Source: Tortispora ganteri
Taxonomy: Eukaryota
DNA length: 37,907 bases
Direction: 5' to 3'
Assembly (NCBI GenBank): GCA_003707115.1
Contig: PPNB01000027.1
Coordinates: 62,001 to 99,907 of the forward strand
Within the stretch, counting starts at the first letter, position 1. Each line of letters begins with the position of its first letter. The position numbers were made by a program, and so were the translations under genes. The notes below the pieces were generated by a model, which worked only from the letters and a program-made list of their open reading frames with translations, was not told the origin of the DNA and ran no database searches. Below are positions 18,603 through 27,850 of the stretch, piece after piece.

Positions 18603-19622
18603 ATGACTTCGTTTGTGTGTCCGCAATGCTCTAAACTGTTTGATCGCAAATCAAAATTAGACATTCACATTAGATCGCATACAAACGAACGTCCTTTTCA
18701 GTGCCACACTTGTGGTGCTAAGTTCAGACGCAATGCTCATCTCAAAATCCACATATCCTCCCACCACAACCACATTAAACCATTCACTTGTACTATCTGC
18801 AACAGCTCATTTGCCACAAAACAGCATTTAATACGGCATCAATCTTCACATTTACCAAAGAAGTTTCGATGTTCGTACCCGGATTGTGATATGTCCTTCT
18901 CTCAGGCTTCCCACCTTCGAAAACACATATGTACTGTGCACACACTCACAAAACCGTACCCTTGTGAAATTTGCAATAAATCCTTTGATTCTAATTATAG
19001 ACTACAAGCACACAAACGCAAAGTGCATTCACATAGTCAGAATTTTACTTGCGATTTGCTTATCGACCACCAGAAGTGCGGTAAGTCCTTCCCCACACTT
19101 TCGCAGCTCAGATCACATGTAGAATCTGAGCACCCACCGGTTTGTCGCCTTTGTAACAAATCTTTTAGCTCATATAAAGTCCTTTCACAGCATCTTAAAG
19201 TTCATGAATCTGATGCTAATAAGTTTCCGTGCCCTCATTGTTCAAAGGTCTTCACGCGAAAGTACAATCTCAAGGTCCATATCGACGCAGTTCACAGCGC
19301 TCTGAGGCCTTACAAGTGCGAGCAGTGTGAATCGTCTTTTGCATACAAACATCTGCTAACTACACATATGAAATCTCATTCAAATAAGTGTTCTGAACAT
19401 GAACAACGAAGCAGTTCAGAATCAACTACACCGGAAAGAAATAATGCTATCTCCCTCCTTACAGGCAATAGTTACAATCTTCGTCCCATACCGTGTATTT
19501 TCCCTAACTGCCAATACCGATTTACACGAAAATATGATCTGGAACGGCATCTCAACGCAGTACATTCTGACTCACAAAGTGTTCATAAAGATCCAGAAAG
19601 TCTAGAAATCCTACCAGAGTGA
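18603..19622 (+). CDS. PZF1: Transcription factor IIIA (5S rRNA), 10 C2H2 zinc fingers
   Basis: Nine tandem C2H2 fingers, a spacer ending ISLLTG, then a last finger CIFPNCQYRFTRKYDLERH; divergent from RPO26 as in S. cerevisiae. Confidence 0.85.
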   Translation: MTSFVCPQCSKLFDRKSKLDIHIRSHTNERPFQCHTCGAKFRRNAHLKIHISSHHNHIKPFTCTICNSSFATKQHLIRHQSSHLPKKFRCSYPDCDMSFSQASHLRKHICTVHTLTKPYPCEICNKSFDSNYRLQAHKRKVHSHSQNFTCDLLIDHQKCGKSFPTLSQLRSHVESEHPPVCRLCNKSFSSYKVLSQHLKVHESDANKFPCPHCSKVFTRKYNLKVHIDAVHSALRPYKCEQCESSFAYKHLLTTHMKSHSNKCSEHEQRSSSESTTPERNNAISLLTGNSYNLRPIPCIFPNCQYRFTRKYDLERHLNAVHSDSQSVHKDPESLEILPE

Positions 19623-20382
19623 AAACCTTTTTGAATCAAAACATGTATGTATTGATTGATCGGCAAGTCAACCCGGAAATTCTACAAACGAGGAACTCAT
19701 ACTGGACCTTTAAAACTCCCCGAATTATTAGCACTGAAACTTAGAATACAAATTGAAGGTAATAACGAATTGTTAGTTATTCCTTACAGAAGTATTCGGA
19801 AAGGAGTCTATTTGTCTGTAAGATCTTCAGAATTATTGTATAAGGTATGATCAATTCCTTAAAGAAAAACATGTCCCATTGAATCATATGCAATGAGATG
19901 TCTTTAATAGAGTACAAGACGAAAAGGAATTGAGAAAGAGTTGGTAAGTTACATGAACAAAAGTTGGTAATCATGTAAATAAAAGCCGATATAAGGAGCT
20001 AAGCTCGTGACTATTAAGCCGATAGCGTTAGAAGTGACACTATCAGCAAAGGTCGAAATAAGACTAGACATCAGAATCGAGAACGCATTAACAAAAGGTG
20101 AATTAGGCAAAACATTAGAATTTCAGAAATATCTAGTAGATTAAAAAAATATTGTTTCAAGGTACTTCAGCCTATTTAAATGATCAACATTTATCGCTAT
20201 TAAAGAAAGTAGAATAGTGACAGGTTAAACTACTAAAACGCCGTCATAGTAATACTTAAAACTTACCATAGCAACGATGCTACTTCTTATTTACGGTCAC
20301 TCTCTCCAGTCAGCAATGAACCTTGTTCCAATCTAATAAAACTCTCTTTTAGAAGAAAGGCGTTTACGCCTAGAAGTGTGTT

Positions 20383-20390
20383 TATATAAA
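20383..20390 (+). promoter_or_regulatory. TATA box upstream of the omega-GST gene
   Basis: TATATAAA about 65 nt upstream of ATG 20454. Confidence 0.5.
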
Positions 20391-20453
20391 GAAAGGATTT
20401 GAATTGCTGTTGTGATTTAGTCAATTGAAGTATTCAAATATATCTTTAAAAAA

Positions 20454-21497
20454 ATGCCACCGGTAGGTAGACTACAGCAGATTTTACATCAATTGCCTTT
20501 TGGCAGTAAAAGGCCAATGCTATATACTCTTCGAAAACTGACACTGACCGCCTATAAGCATACCTCCGTTGCTGATGAAATCTCCAAGAAAGGAGAGTTT
20601 GTCCGATCTGCTACTTCTTTCCATAATGTAATTTCTAAAGACTCAGAGTTCCCTCCAGAGAAGGATCGTTACCATCTCTATGTATCTTATGCATGTCCGT
20701 GGGCCACACGTGCTCTCATCACTCGTGAGCTTAAAGGACTTACTGACGTAATTTCTTTTAGTGTCGTCCATTGGCACATGGATGAGAATGGTTGGCGGTT
20801 TGCTGAACCGGATGAAGATCCCGACTGTATCCCTGATACTGTCAATGGCTTTAAACGTCTTCGTGAGCTCTACTTGCAACAGGATCCCGACTACACCGGC
20901 CGTGTGACTGTTCCGGTACTATATGACAAAAAGACCAAGAAGATCGTCAACAACGAGTCCTCAGAGGTAATCCGCATATTGTATACTGCTTTTGATGACT
21001 TGATCGATTCTAAGTATAAGGGTCTCAACTTTTTCCCCGAAAACTTGCAATCGCAGATCGACGAGCACAATGACTGGATCTATAACGATATCAATAATGG
21101 TGTTTACAAGTCTGGTTTTGCGACTACTCAGGAAGCGTACGAGGAGGCTGTCACGACTCTTTTCAAGAGCATGGATCGCGTCGAGAGCATTCTTGCAGAT
21201 TCGGATGGGCCTTACTTTTTAGGTAAGGATTTGACCGAGATTGATATTCGTTTGTTTCCTACTCTGATCCGCTTCGACTGCTGTTATGTCCAGCACTTCA
21301 AGTGCAACATCGGAACTATCAGGCATAATTATCCACATATTAACAAGTACATGAAAAACCTTTACTGGAACGTGCCTGGATTCAAGGAAGTGACGAATTT
21401 TAAGCATATTAAGTTCCACTACACCAAGTCGCACAAGCAAATCAATCCTTTAGGTATCACACCACTTGGTCCTATTCCCGATATCGAACCACTTTAA
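20454..21497 (+). CDS. ECM4: Omega-class GST / glutathionyl-hydroquinone reductase (Ecm4/Gto family); probable retainable in-frame intron 20463-20558
   Basis: RYHLYVSYACPWA active site, TVPVLYD, IVNNESSEVIR, INNGVYKSGFA, LIRFD and INPLGITPLGP. Confidence 0.93.
   Translation: MPPVGRLQQILHQLPFGSKRPMLYTLRKLTLTAYKHTSVADEISKKGEFVRSATSFHNVISKDSEFPPEKDRYHLYVSYACPWATRALITRELKGLTDVISFSVVHWHMDENGWRFAEPDEDPDCIPDTVNGFKRLRELYLQQDPDYTGRVTVPVLYDKKTKKIVNNESSEVIRILYTAFDDLIDSKYKGLNFFPENLQSQIDEHNDWIYNDINNGVYKSGFATTQEAYEEAVTTLFKSMDRVESILADSDGPYFLGKDLTEIDIRLFPTLIRFDCCYVQHFKCNIGTIRHNYPHINKYMKNLYWNVPGFKEVTNFKHIKFHYTKSHKQINPLGITPLGPIPDIEPL
20463..20558 (+). other. Probable 96-nt in-frame, stop-free intron encoding a PTS2
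   Basis: GTAGGT donor after codon 3, CACTGAC branch-like site (20542-20548), AAG acceptor 10 nt later. Spliced product MPPHTSVADEISKKGEF. Confidence 0.65.
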
Positions 21498-21584
21498 TCG
21501 GTACATGTTTAAGAAGCTGTACATTAATAAAAAGCTGTACATATATTTGAATAAGTTAGAATTTTAAGATACGAATATAATAGC

Positions 21585-23942
21585 TCACTTGCGGACCATT
21601 CTAGCACCGATCCAGGCAAAACGGTATGATCGCTGGTACCAATTTCGAAAACTTCTTCTTCCAGATAATCGAGGAGCAGTAGCCCATGATCCACCAAGAA
21701 CAACATTATGTTTACCGTCAAAGAAGTCTGCAGAGTATTCTGGGTAAAGCTCGTTCACTGTGAATCCTTCATGAGAGTCAAATACAGTGCTGGTCCATTC
21801 CCACACTCCTTGACCTCCAGGTCCGCTGATCCCCTCAACACAGTCAACGTTAGACGAAGGATGCCAGTGCTTAAAACCAACATTACTGTCTGACAAATCA
21901 TAGTAATTAGGGTTGTCATTCTGTAGCCGCTGTTGCTGAATCTTGTAAATTGCAAGCACTTCATGTTCTGTGGGAAACCTGAATTCGCCATTTTGGAAAT
22001 TTGCCATAAACTTCTCTAGTTCGTTATAACTGGCACAGACAGGCCAGTCTGATGCAATGAACTCTGAATCAAGATTTCCATCAACACATAATGGTGCGTC
22101 ACCAAAAAACGTTTTAACATATACATTTTGAAGATCCTCTGAGGCATTCCAACTTTCTGGCGGTTTGATAACGATACCGTCCCTTAGACAATTAAGAAGA
22201 AAGCTATAATATTGTCTGTTGGTTATTAGAGAAGGAGAAGCGCTGAATGGTGGCACAGTTACTGTACCTCTGCTTGGTTTCTCGTTGTCCCATCCCATTA
22301 ATCTACTTGGACGGCTTTCCGGACGATGATCTGCTTCATCAGGATCATCAATACCAATATCAATAACTGTAGCAGGTATCCTTATCCATTTCTGATTAGA
22401 TTTTGAGTGTTTCCTTTGTACAAAGCTCGGTTTAGGAACACCAGGAGGCGAGAGCTTTAGAGGAGATTGTAGCATCATGTACATCAATGTTTCAAGATGC
22501 ATTGCATCATGCTCATAACCAAGCCAAATGGCTCGTGCTGTCCGAGGAGATATTTTACCGGTGTTCTTAGTGAGTAACTGCCGCAAACGAGACCTGACCA
22601 AGTCTTGATATTGAAGTATATCATCGATAGACGGCCATTCTTTAGGTATGATCGAATGACTGTGCACTTTAGAGGGGTCATCAACATCCGGATCTATTCC
22701 TCTAGCAAATATATCCTGAAACCATGTGGGTTCAGTTGCTGGAGTGCCGGTATTGGCTCTGTTCAAGACAACATCGAGAAAACATGGGCTATGGCCCAGA
22801 TAAAAAATGATGGAGTTTCGCAAGTATATTGGTTTATCAAGATACATTGACTCCGGAGCCATTCTGCGTGTGACATAGTCCCACATATTATGCATATTGG
22901 ACCATTCCTCTAAATCAGGCAAATTTGCAGTAACAGAAGCCAAAGGTAGCCGACATTGAGGTTTATATACCAAATGAAGACTATATTCGCGCGAGCCATT
23001 GTACCAGTTACATGCCTCAGATAGTCCAGCTGTATCTAGTAATCGGGAAATGTCAGAAATATTGTACTTAAAGCTCTTTTCAATGTTTATCTCGGTCCCT
23101 GCCTCTAGCATACCGCCACCTATAGATTGCGGCAGAGGAATAGGCACTTTTGGCACCAGATATGCTTCATGGTATCCTTCATCAGCATTGTACTTGCCTA
23201 GATAGTCAAAATCACATGTGTCAAAGGCTTTTTCGCCAAGTACATGGTTGGCATGATTGAGACCGTTCAGAATAAATTGCGCTGTGAGTTTGTAAGAGTC
23301 ATTGTAGGCTTTGTAGACTGTTTCGGGATTGTTCCTGTGGTCAATTCCAATAAAAAACTGATCTGAAGTGCTTAATGCATTTTCAGTGAAATAATTTAAA
23401 AATTTAGCGGCCTCATCACGTGTAAAGTTGCCAATTGACGATCCTAGCCACAACAATGAAACAAAGGTGGGGTTATCTGATTTCAGCGATTTGATCCAAT
23501 CAATGCTGTCTTCATACAGACCTAATAAACCAGATAAATGAATATACTTGTATTTTCGAGGTGAAAGTTCCGAAAGACACCGATCTAGTTCTGTTTCAGA
23601 AACATCCAGGGCGTAATAGTGTACCGTCTTATTCGCGGCCTCCAAGGCGTCTAAGATCACGGATGTTTTGCGCAAGTTTCCAGAACCCAATTCCACCAAT
23701 GTTGATCCATCAGGTATTCGAGATGCAATCTCTTTTGATTGAGTATTAAGAATCTCGATTTCAGCATTGGTTAAGTAGTACTCGGATAAGTAAGTAATAT
23801 CTTCGAACAGCTGTAGTCCCTTTTCGTCATAGAGTAGCAACGTAGGCAATTGATTATGAGTCAGAGATTGTTTCAGGTCAGAAACAGATATAGCAGGTTT
23901 TTCAGAAGCCGATCTACGTATATCGATTATTTTTGCCCCCAT
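21585..23942 (-). CDS. EGT1: Ergothioneine biosynthesis protein Egt1 (EgtD-like histidine methyltransferase fused to EgtB-like DinB + FGE-sulfatase sulfoxide synthase)
   Basis: ATG at 23942 (MGAKIIDIRR); LPTLLLYDEKGLQLFEDIT, EYYLTNAEIEIL, VELGSGNLRKT, WLGSSIGNF, FYLGH, RGIDPDVDDP, Fe-binding EHDAMHLETL, VWEWT, YSADFFDGKHNVVLGGSWAT and FRNWYQ. Confidence 0.95.
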   Translation of the reverse strand: MGAKIIDIRRSASEKPAISVSDLKQSLTHNQLPTLLLYDEKGLQLFEDITYLSEYYLTNAEIEILNTQSKEIASRIPDGSTLVELGSGNLRKTSVILDALEAANKTVHYYALDVSETELDRCLSELSPRKYKYIHLSGLLGLYEDSIDWIKSLKSDNPTFVSLLWLGSSIGNFTRDEAAKFLNYFTENALSTSDQFFIGIDHRNNPETVYKAYNDSYKLTAQFILNGLNHANHVLGEKAFDTCDFDYLGKYNADEGYHEAYLVPKVPIPLPQSIGGGMLEAGTEINIEKSFKYNISDISRLLDTAGLSEACNWYNGSREYSLHLVYKPQCRLPLASVTANLPDLEEWSNMHNMWDYVTRRMAPESMYLDKPIYLRNSIIFYLGHSPCFLDVVLNRANTGTPATEPTWFQDIFARGIDPDVDDPSKVHSHSIIPKEWPSIDDILQYQDLVRSRLRQLLTKNTGKISPRTARAIWLGYEHDAMHLETLMYMMLQSPLKLSPPGVPKPSFVQRKHSKSNQKWIRIPATVIDIGIDDPDEADHRPESRPSRLMGWDNEKPSRGTVTVPPFSASPSLITNRQYYSFLLNCLRDGIVIKPPESWNASEDLQNVYVKTFFGDAPLCVDGNLDSEFIASDWPVCASYNELEKFMANFQNGEFRFPTEHEVLAIYKIQQQRLQNDNPNYYDLSDSNVGFKHWHPSSNVDCVEGISGPGGQGVWEWTSTVFDSHEGFTVNELYPEYSADFFDGKHNVVLGGSWATAPRLSGRRSFRNWYQRSYRFAWIGARMVRK

Positions 23943-24277
23943 TGAGTCTCCTTGAGAGTTCAATACAGAAAAATGAACTGTTATATACGTCAGGTCGATT
24001 ATATAATTAGAGTTTGATTTAAAGTTCGGCTAGGACTCATATGCGGCAAAAAGGATGTGTGATTAATACCCTTTGTAAAGTTGCATTTTTTATTAATTCA
24101 ATTGAAAAATAATATATAATTATATTACTTTCATATCACCTCCACCAATAAAAAGCCTTTTCTTCATAACCAATTACACTTAGTTTTGCTGTTTATAGTA
24201 ACGTCTCAACGCTCCCAAAACCTTCCAAGCAAACTAACTAAGTAAGTCTATATACGATACAGAAAAATATCTGCACA

Positions 24278-27115
24278 CTAATCTGATTCATCTGCGACCT
24301 CTTCGGCATCCGCGCCAGAAATTGCATTTTCGCCAAATAGCTCGCAGTTAGGATGCATTACAAACGTCTCTCTAACACCGTCAGTAGTCGTTCCTGAAGA
24401 GTCTTCTTCACGTAATGACATCAGAACCTTGTCTCTAACAAGACGGTTAAGAACCTTATCCGCTAGTTCTCGTTCTTCTTGCACCGCTTGTTCCGTATTT
24501 AATGACGCAGCTTTTTGTTCAAGGTACCAGTTAATCAGAATGTTTTTGTCGATTCCGTTACCACCCTGCCGCTCGTTCTCCATAACCCGCGTCACCATGT
24601 AGTTCAGCATCTCGGAATACTTCTCGTAAGTAATTACCGTTTTCGTTTTCTTTTTTCTGCCTAAAGACATATCAGAACCACGACCGTGTGAATTCGCTAC
24701 TGATCCGGCTCGAGATTGCGGCATGTACTCATTATCGCTCGCACCAGCTTCATCGTCGTCGCTCGCACCAGATTCGTCGTCTTCGTCTTCTTCGCCAACA
24801 ACAACGTCTTCATTCTCAATATGTATAATCGACTGTTGAAGAAGATTATAAGCCTCGCGAACAAATTTAGGCTTAATTTCCTTCGACAAATGAGCGCGAG
24901 CAATCGCCTCAGATAGTCGAATTAATGACTCAAGTTGACGCACAGTAATTCGGTAAGACCCGCGGCCCATACCGTTGGAATCCCCTGACCTTAGTTGTTT
25001 ATACAGATCAACAAGCAGAGTTTTTGCATCTTTTGTCATAATAGGTGCCAGAGTTCGCGCATAACGAATGTAATTGTGCAGGTCTTGTGTAGTGTATTTA
25101 GGGGTAATGGCTTCGTCCTTATTCATGTGCAGTCCCACAATATGAGAAGCAAGTGCTGTATCAATTGACTCATTACAATCGTCAAGAATGACAAAGAACA
25201 AATCAAAGCGCGACATAATTGGAGCTGAAAGCCTTACATTGGCACGCAGGCTCTGTTTTCGGTTGTATCGTCCTTGCACAGGATTTGCAGCAGCCAAAAT
25301 TGACGTACGCGCATTTAGCGTCGCTTGAATACCTGCCTTGGCAATTGAAATTGTCTGCTGTTCCATTGCCTCGTGAATAGCAACTTGATCTGATAAATCC
25401 ATTTTATCAAATTCGTCAATGCAACAAACTCCGTTATCTGCGAGCATAAGTGCACCTGCTTCGATAGTAAACTCTCCTGTTTCTTCATCTTTCACTACGG
25501 CAGCTGTAAGACCAGCAGCAGACGACGCTTTACCTGAAGTGTATATAGATCTGGGAAGAAAACTGCAGACATATTTGAGAAACTGAGACTTAGATGTTGA
25601 CGGGTCACCAACGATACACACATTTATGTCACCGCGTAGGTGAATTCCTTCAGGTGTTACTTTATGTATTCCACCCATCATCATTAATAAAATTCCCTTT
25701 TTGATTATTTCATGACCAAACACCGTAGGCGCAATTGACTTGACAAGATTCTTGTAAATTTCGCGATCCTCTTTCATAGCGCGAAGACGCGATATTTCTT
25801 CGTCAGTAAAACTTTCAATCACATCACGTTCCGAAAGCTCAATATCTTCGCTGTTTTCCAGATCAATTTTGTTTGAGCTAGATGTAACATCAGACTGTAC
25901 CATACACGCACCAAATCCAAGTTTGTAGGTGAGATCACGAACACCTAGGGTCTTAAGGCCGGTAACGCCAGACGAGCTTTCGCCGGCTCGACCACGTCCC
26001 TCTTTAACAGCACCAGGCTTGACACCAGGAAGTCCGAGCTGTGACACATCCGGTATCACTATAAGCGTACCAGTGAATACACATCGATCGCCGGCTTTGC
26101 ACTTGTCAACAATATCACCGCGTAGGATTACATCCAGGGATCGCGGCATGGAACCTGTAGGGATCTGACTTGAGTTTTCTTGTATTCTGACCTTCTGCCA
26201 GTCTATAAATTGACTCTCTGAAACGTTTAGTGTCCAGGCCCTCTGATTCGGACATGTATCATTTATGCAGCGAGACGGTTCTGTGTACTTGAATACTTGT
26301 TCGACATTGGATATTACTGAGTGACACGCATCGCAAGTAAAGGTGGCAAGATAAAGTTCCGGACGAACTTCAGAAGTGCGGGTAATTGTTCCTGAAACTG
26401 AGGTCAATTGACCAATATGTTCAGTTTTCAGTTGTCTGATGCCAAAAGTAGCGTCCATATTAAGGAAAGCTATATGAAAGTGGCGCTCGCGCGCACCTGG
26501 ATTTGAGCCGACAGTGGCTTCATCTGATTGCTGAGCAGTGTTTTGAGAAGGGTCAATGGTACCGCTAATAATGGGGTTGTCATCCATATATAGGAACCCG
26601 GGTTCATATGTTCTTATGACACGCTTAAGTGCACGCTCAAGGTATGGCATGACGCGATAGTAGTGCAGTCGTATAGCCTCAGCCAGATCAGATTCGGTCT
26701 CAGAATTGCCTCTGATATGAGCAAAATCAACGTAAAGAGTGCTAGAGTCTAAAGCTTTCATGGAATTGATTTGCTGTAGGTACAGCGGTTTGACGTCGTT
26801 TTGCAAGTCGAGGAGTCGTCTGCCTTCCTCGTCATAAAAAGAAGTGAGAAAGATCTCAAAATTACGCTGGACCTGTTCAGAGAGTCTATCTGCAACCCTA
26901 GGGATAGCCGAAGTGCCAGGAAGGCGGCGAACGCGGGACATTGGTGGTTCTTCTTCTGGTTCTTCGTCGATAGGCTCAAATCCCTGAGGGGGGCCTGAAG
27001 GAGGATCAGAGTTATTACCTTCAAATCGTACACGCGGCGAAGACGTGTCATCTCCAACGGGAACCCTCACTGACGATGAAGTATCATCCTGACGAATAAA
27101 CAGCGGTGAAGACAT
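24278..27115 (-). CDS. MCM6: Replicative helicase subunit Mcm6
   Basis: TRTSEVRPEL, Zn finger, IPTGSMPRSLDVILRG, GVTGLKTLGVRDLTYKL, Walker A GDPSTSKSQFLK, IDEFDKM, Arg finger SRFD and YRITVRQLES. Confidence 0.98.
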   Translation of the reverse strand: MSSPLFIRQDDTSSSVRVPVGDDTSSPRVRFEGNNSDPPSGPPQGFEPIDEEPEEEPPMSRVRRLPGTSAIPRVADRLSEQVQRNFEIFLTSFYDEEGRRLLDLQNDVKPLYLQQINSMKALDSSTLYVDFAHIRGNSETESDLAEAIRLHYYRVMPYLERALKRVIRTYEPGFLYMDDNPIISGTIDPSQNTAQQSDEATVGSNPGARERHFHIAFLNMDATFGIRQLKTEHIGQLTSVSGTITRTSEVRPELYLATFTCDACHSVISNVEQVFKYTEPSRCINDTCPNQRAWTLNVSESQFIDWQKVRIQENSSQIPTGSMPRSLDVILRGDIVDKCKAGDRCVFTGTLIVIPDVSQLGLPGVKPGAVKEGRGRAGESSSGVTGLKTLGVRDLTYKLGFGACMVQSDVTSSSNKIDLENSEDIELSERDVIESFTDEEISRLRAMKEDREIYKNLVKSIAPTVFGHEIIKKGILLMMMGGIHKVTPEGIHLRGDINVCIVGDPSTSKSQFLKYVCSFLPRSIYTSGKASSAAGLTAAVVKDEETGEFTIEAGALMLADNGVCCIDEFDKMDLSDQVAIHEAMEQQTISIAKAGIQATLNARTSILAAANPVQGRYNRKQSLRANVRLSAPIMSRFDLFFVILDDCNESIDTALASHIVGLHMNKDEAITPKYTTQDLHNYIRYARTLAPIMTKDAKTLLVDLYKQLRSGDSNGMGRGSYRITVRQLESLIRLSEAIARAHLSKEIKPKFVREAYNLLQQSIIHIENEDVVVGEEDEDDESGASDDDEAGASDNEYMPQSRAGSVANSHGRGSDMSLGRKKKTKTVITYEKYSEMLNYMVTRVMENERQGGNGIDKNILINWYLEQKAASLNTEQAVQEERELADKVLNRLVRDKVLMSLREEDSSGTTTDGVRETFVMHPNCELFGENAISGADAEEVADESD

Positions 27116-27162
27116 TGCTGTAGAGGAGAGTAAACCGAATGTGCCGGAAAAGGGGTAGAAGG

Positions 27163-27246
27163 ACGCGAAAGTATTGGTGGTGAAGGAAGGAACTGCAGGG
27201 GATATTTCCTAATTAGTCCCAAATTAGAAAGTTTCGTGACACGCGT
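27163..27246. promoter_or_regulatory. Cell-cycle promoter elements between MCM6 and YSF3: MCB, SCB-like and Mcm1/ECB-like sites
   Basis: ACGCGT at 27241-27246; TTTCGTG (reverse CACGAAA) at 27232-27238; CGCGAAA at 27164-27170; TTTCCTAATTAG and CCCAAATTAGAAA at about 27205-27230. Confidence 0.6.
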
Positions 27247-27319
27247 CGGTTGCCATGACATTAATGTTAGTTAACTTCATTGTTCTGGTCACTCGCTCTA
27301 ACACTTCTAGATCGCAACA

Positions 27320-27686
27320 ATGGTAAGTAGATGGCCACATTAGTTCTCAAACCAATTAATGACTAACATTTATAGGCAGACAAATTACGTGATAAGCAGA
27401 ACTTGCAGTTGCTTCAGTCCAAACATATTGGAGTTGGACATGCGGACATCACTAGATAGTAAGTAGGAAACATACGAAATCCAATAGTAAATATGCATTT
27501 ACTAACTGCAACCTTTACAGCGAATGGGTGAATAATATTAAAAGAGATTCTTATGCGTCTTATATTGGCCACCAATCATTGTTAGATTACTTTACGGTTG
27601 CTTCTGGACAAACTCGCGCAGAGACGAAAGCTAAGTTTATAGAACAGATGGTTCAGCCAGTTGGTCCACCTCCTGCAAAAGATTGA
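27320..27686 (+). CDS. YSF3: SF3b subunit Ysf3/SF3B5; exons 27320-27322, 27376-27458, 27521-27686
   Basis: Spliced 83 aa: MADKLRDKQNLQLLQSKHIGVGHADITRYEWVNNIKRDSYASYIGHQSLLDYFTVASGQTRAETKAKFIEQMVQPVGPPPAKD. Introns: GTAAGT..GACTAAC..TAG (53 nt) and GTAAGT..TACTAAC..CAG (62 nt). Not in the ORF track. Confidence 0.95.
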
Positions 27687-27850
27687 CCAGATCTATATCC
27701 TATATACTTAATTGTTACTTGCAAAGGGGCTTATGTGTTTATATTTCCGTAATCTGGTCTATCAGCGATACTGTGGCGAGAACTGCTTATCCATGCAGAG
27801 TGGGCCCTCTATAGGCCTTTTCCACCACTTTCCTCCCAGTTTCTTTTTCC

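Noticed and set aside
19656..19974. Short ORFs of 64-65 aa downstream of TFIIIA
   Set aside because: No homology cues and AT-rich composition; the spliced ATG-GTAAGT model gives only MSRA-stop.
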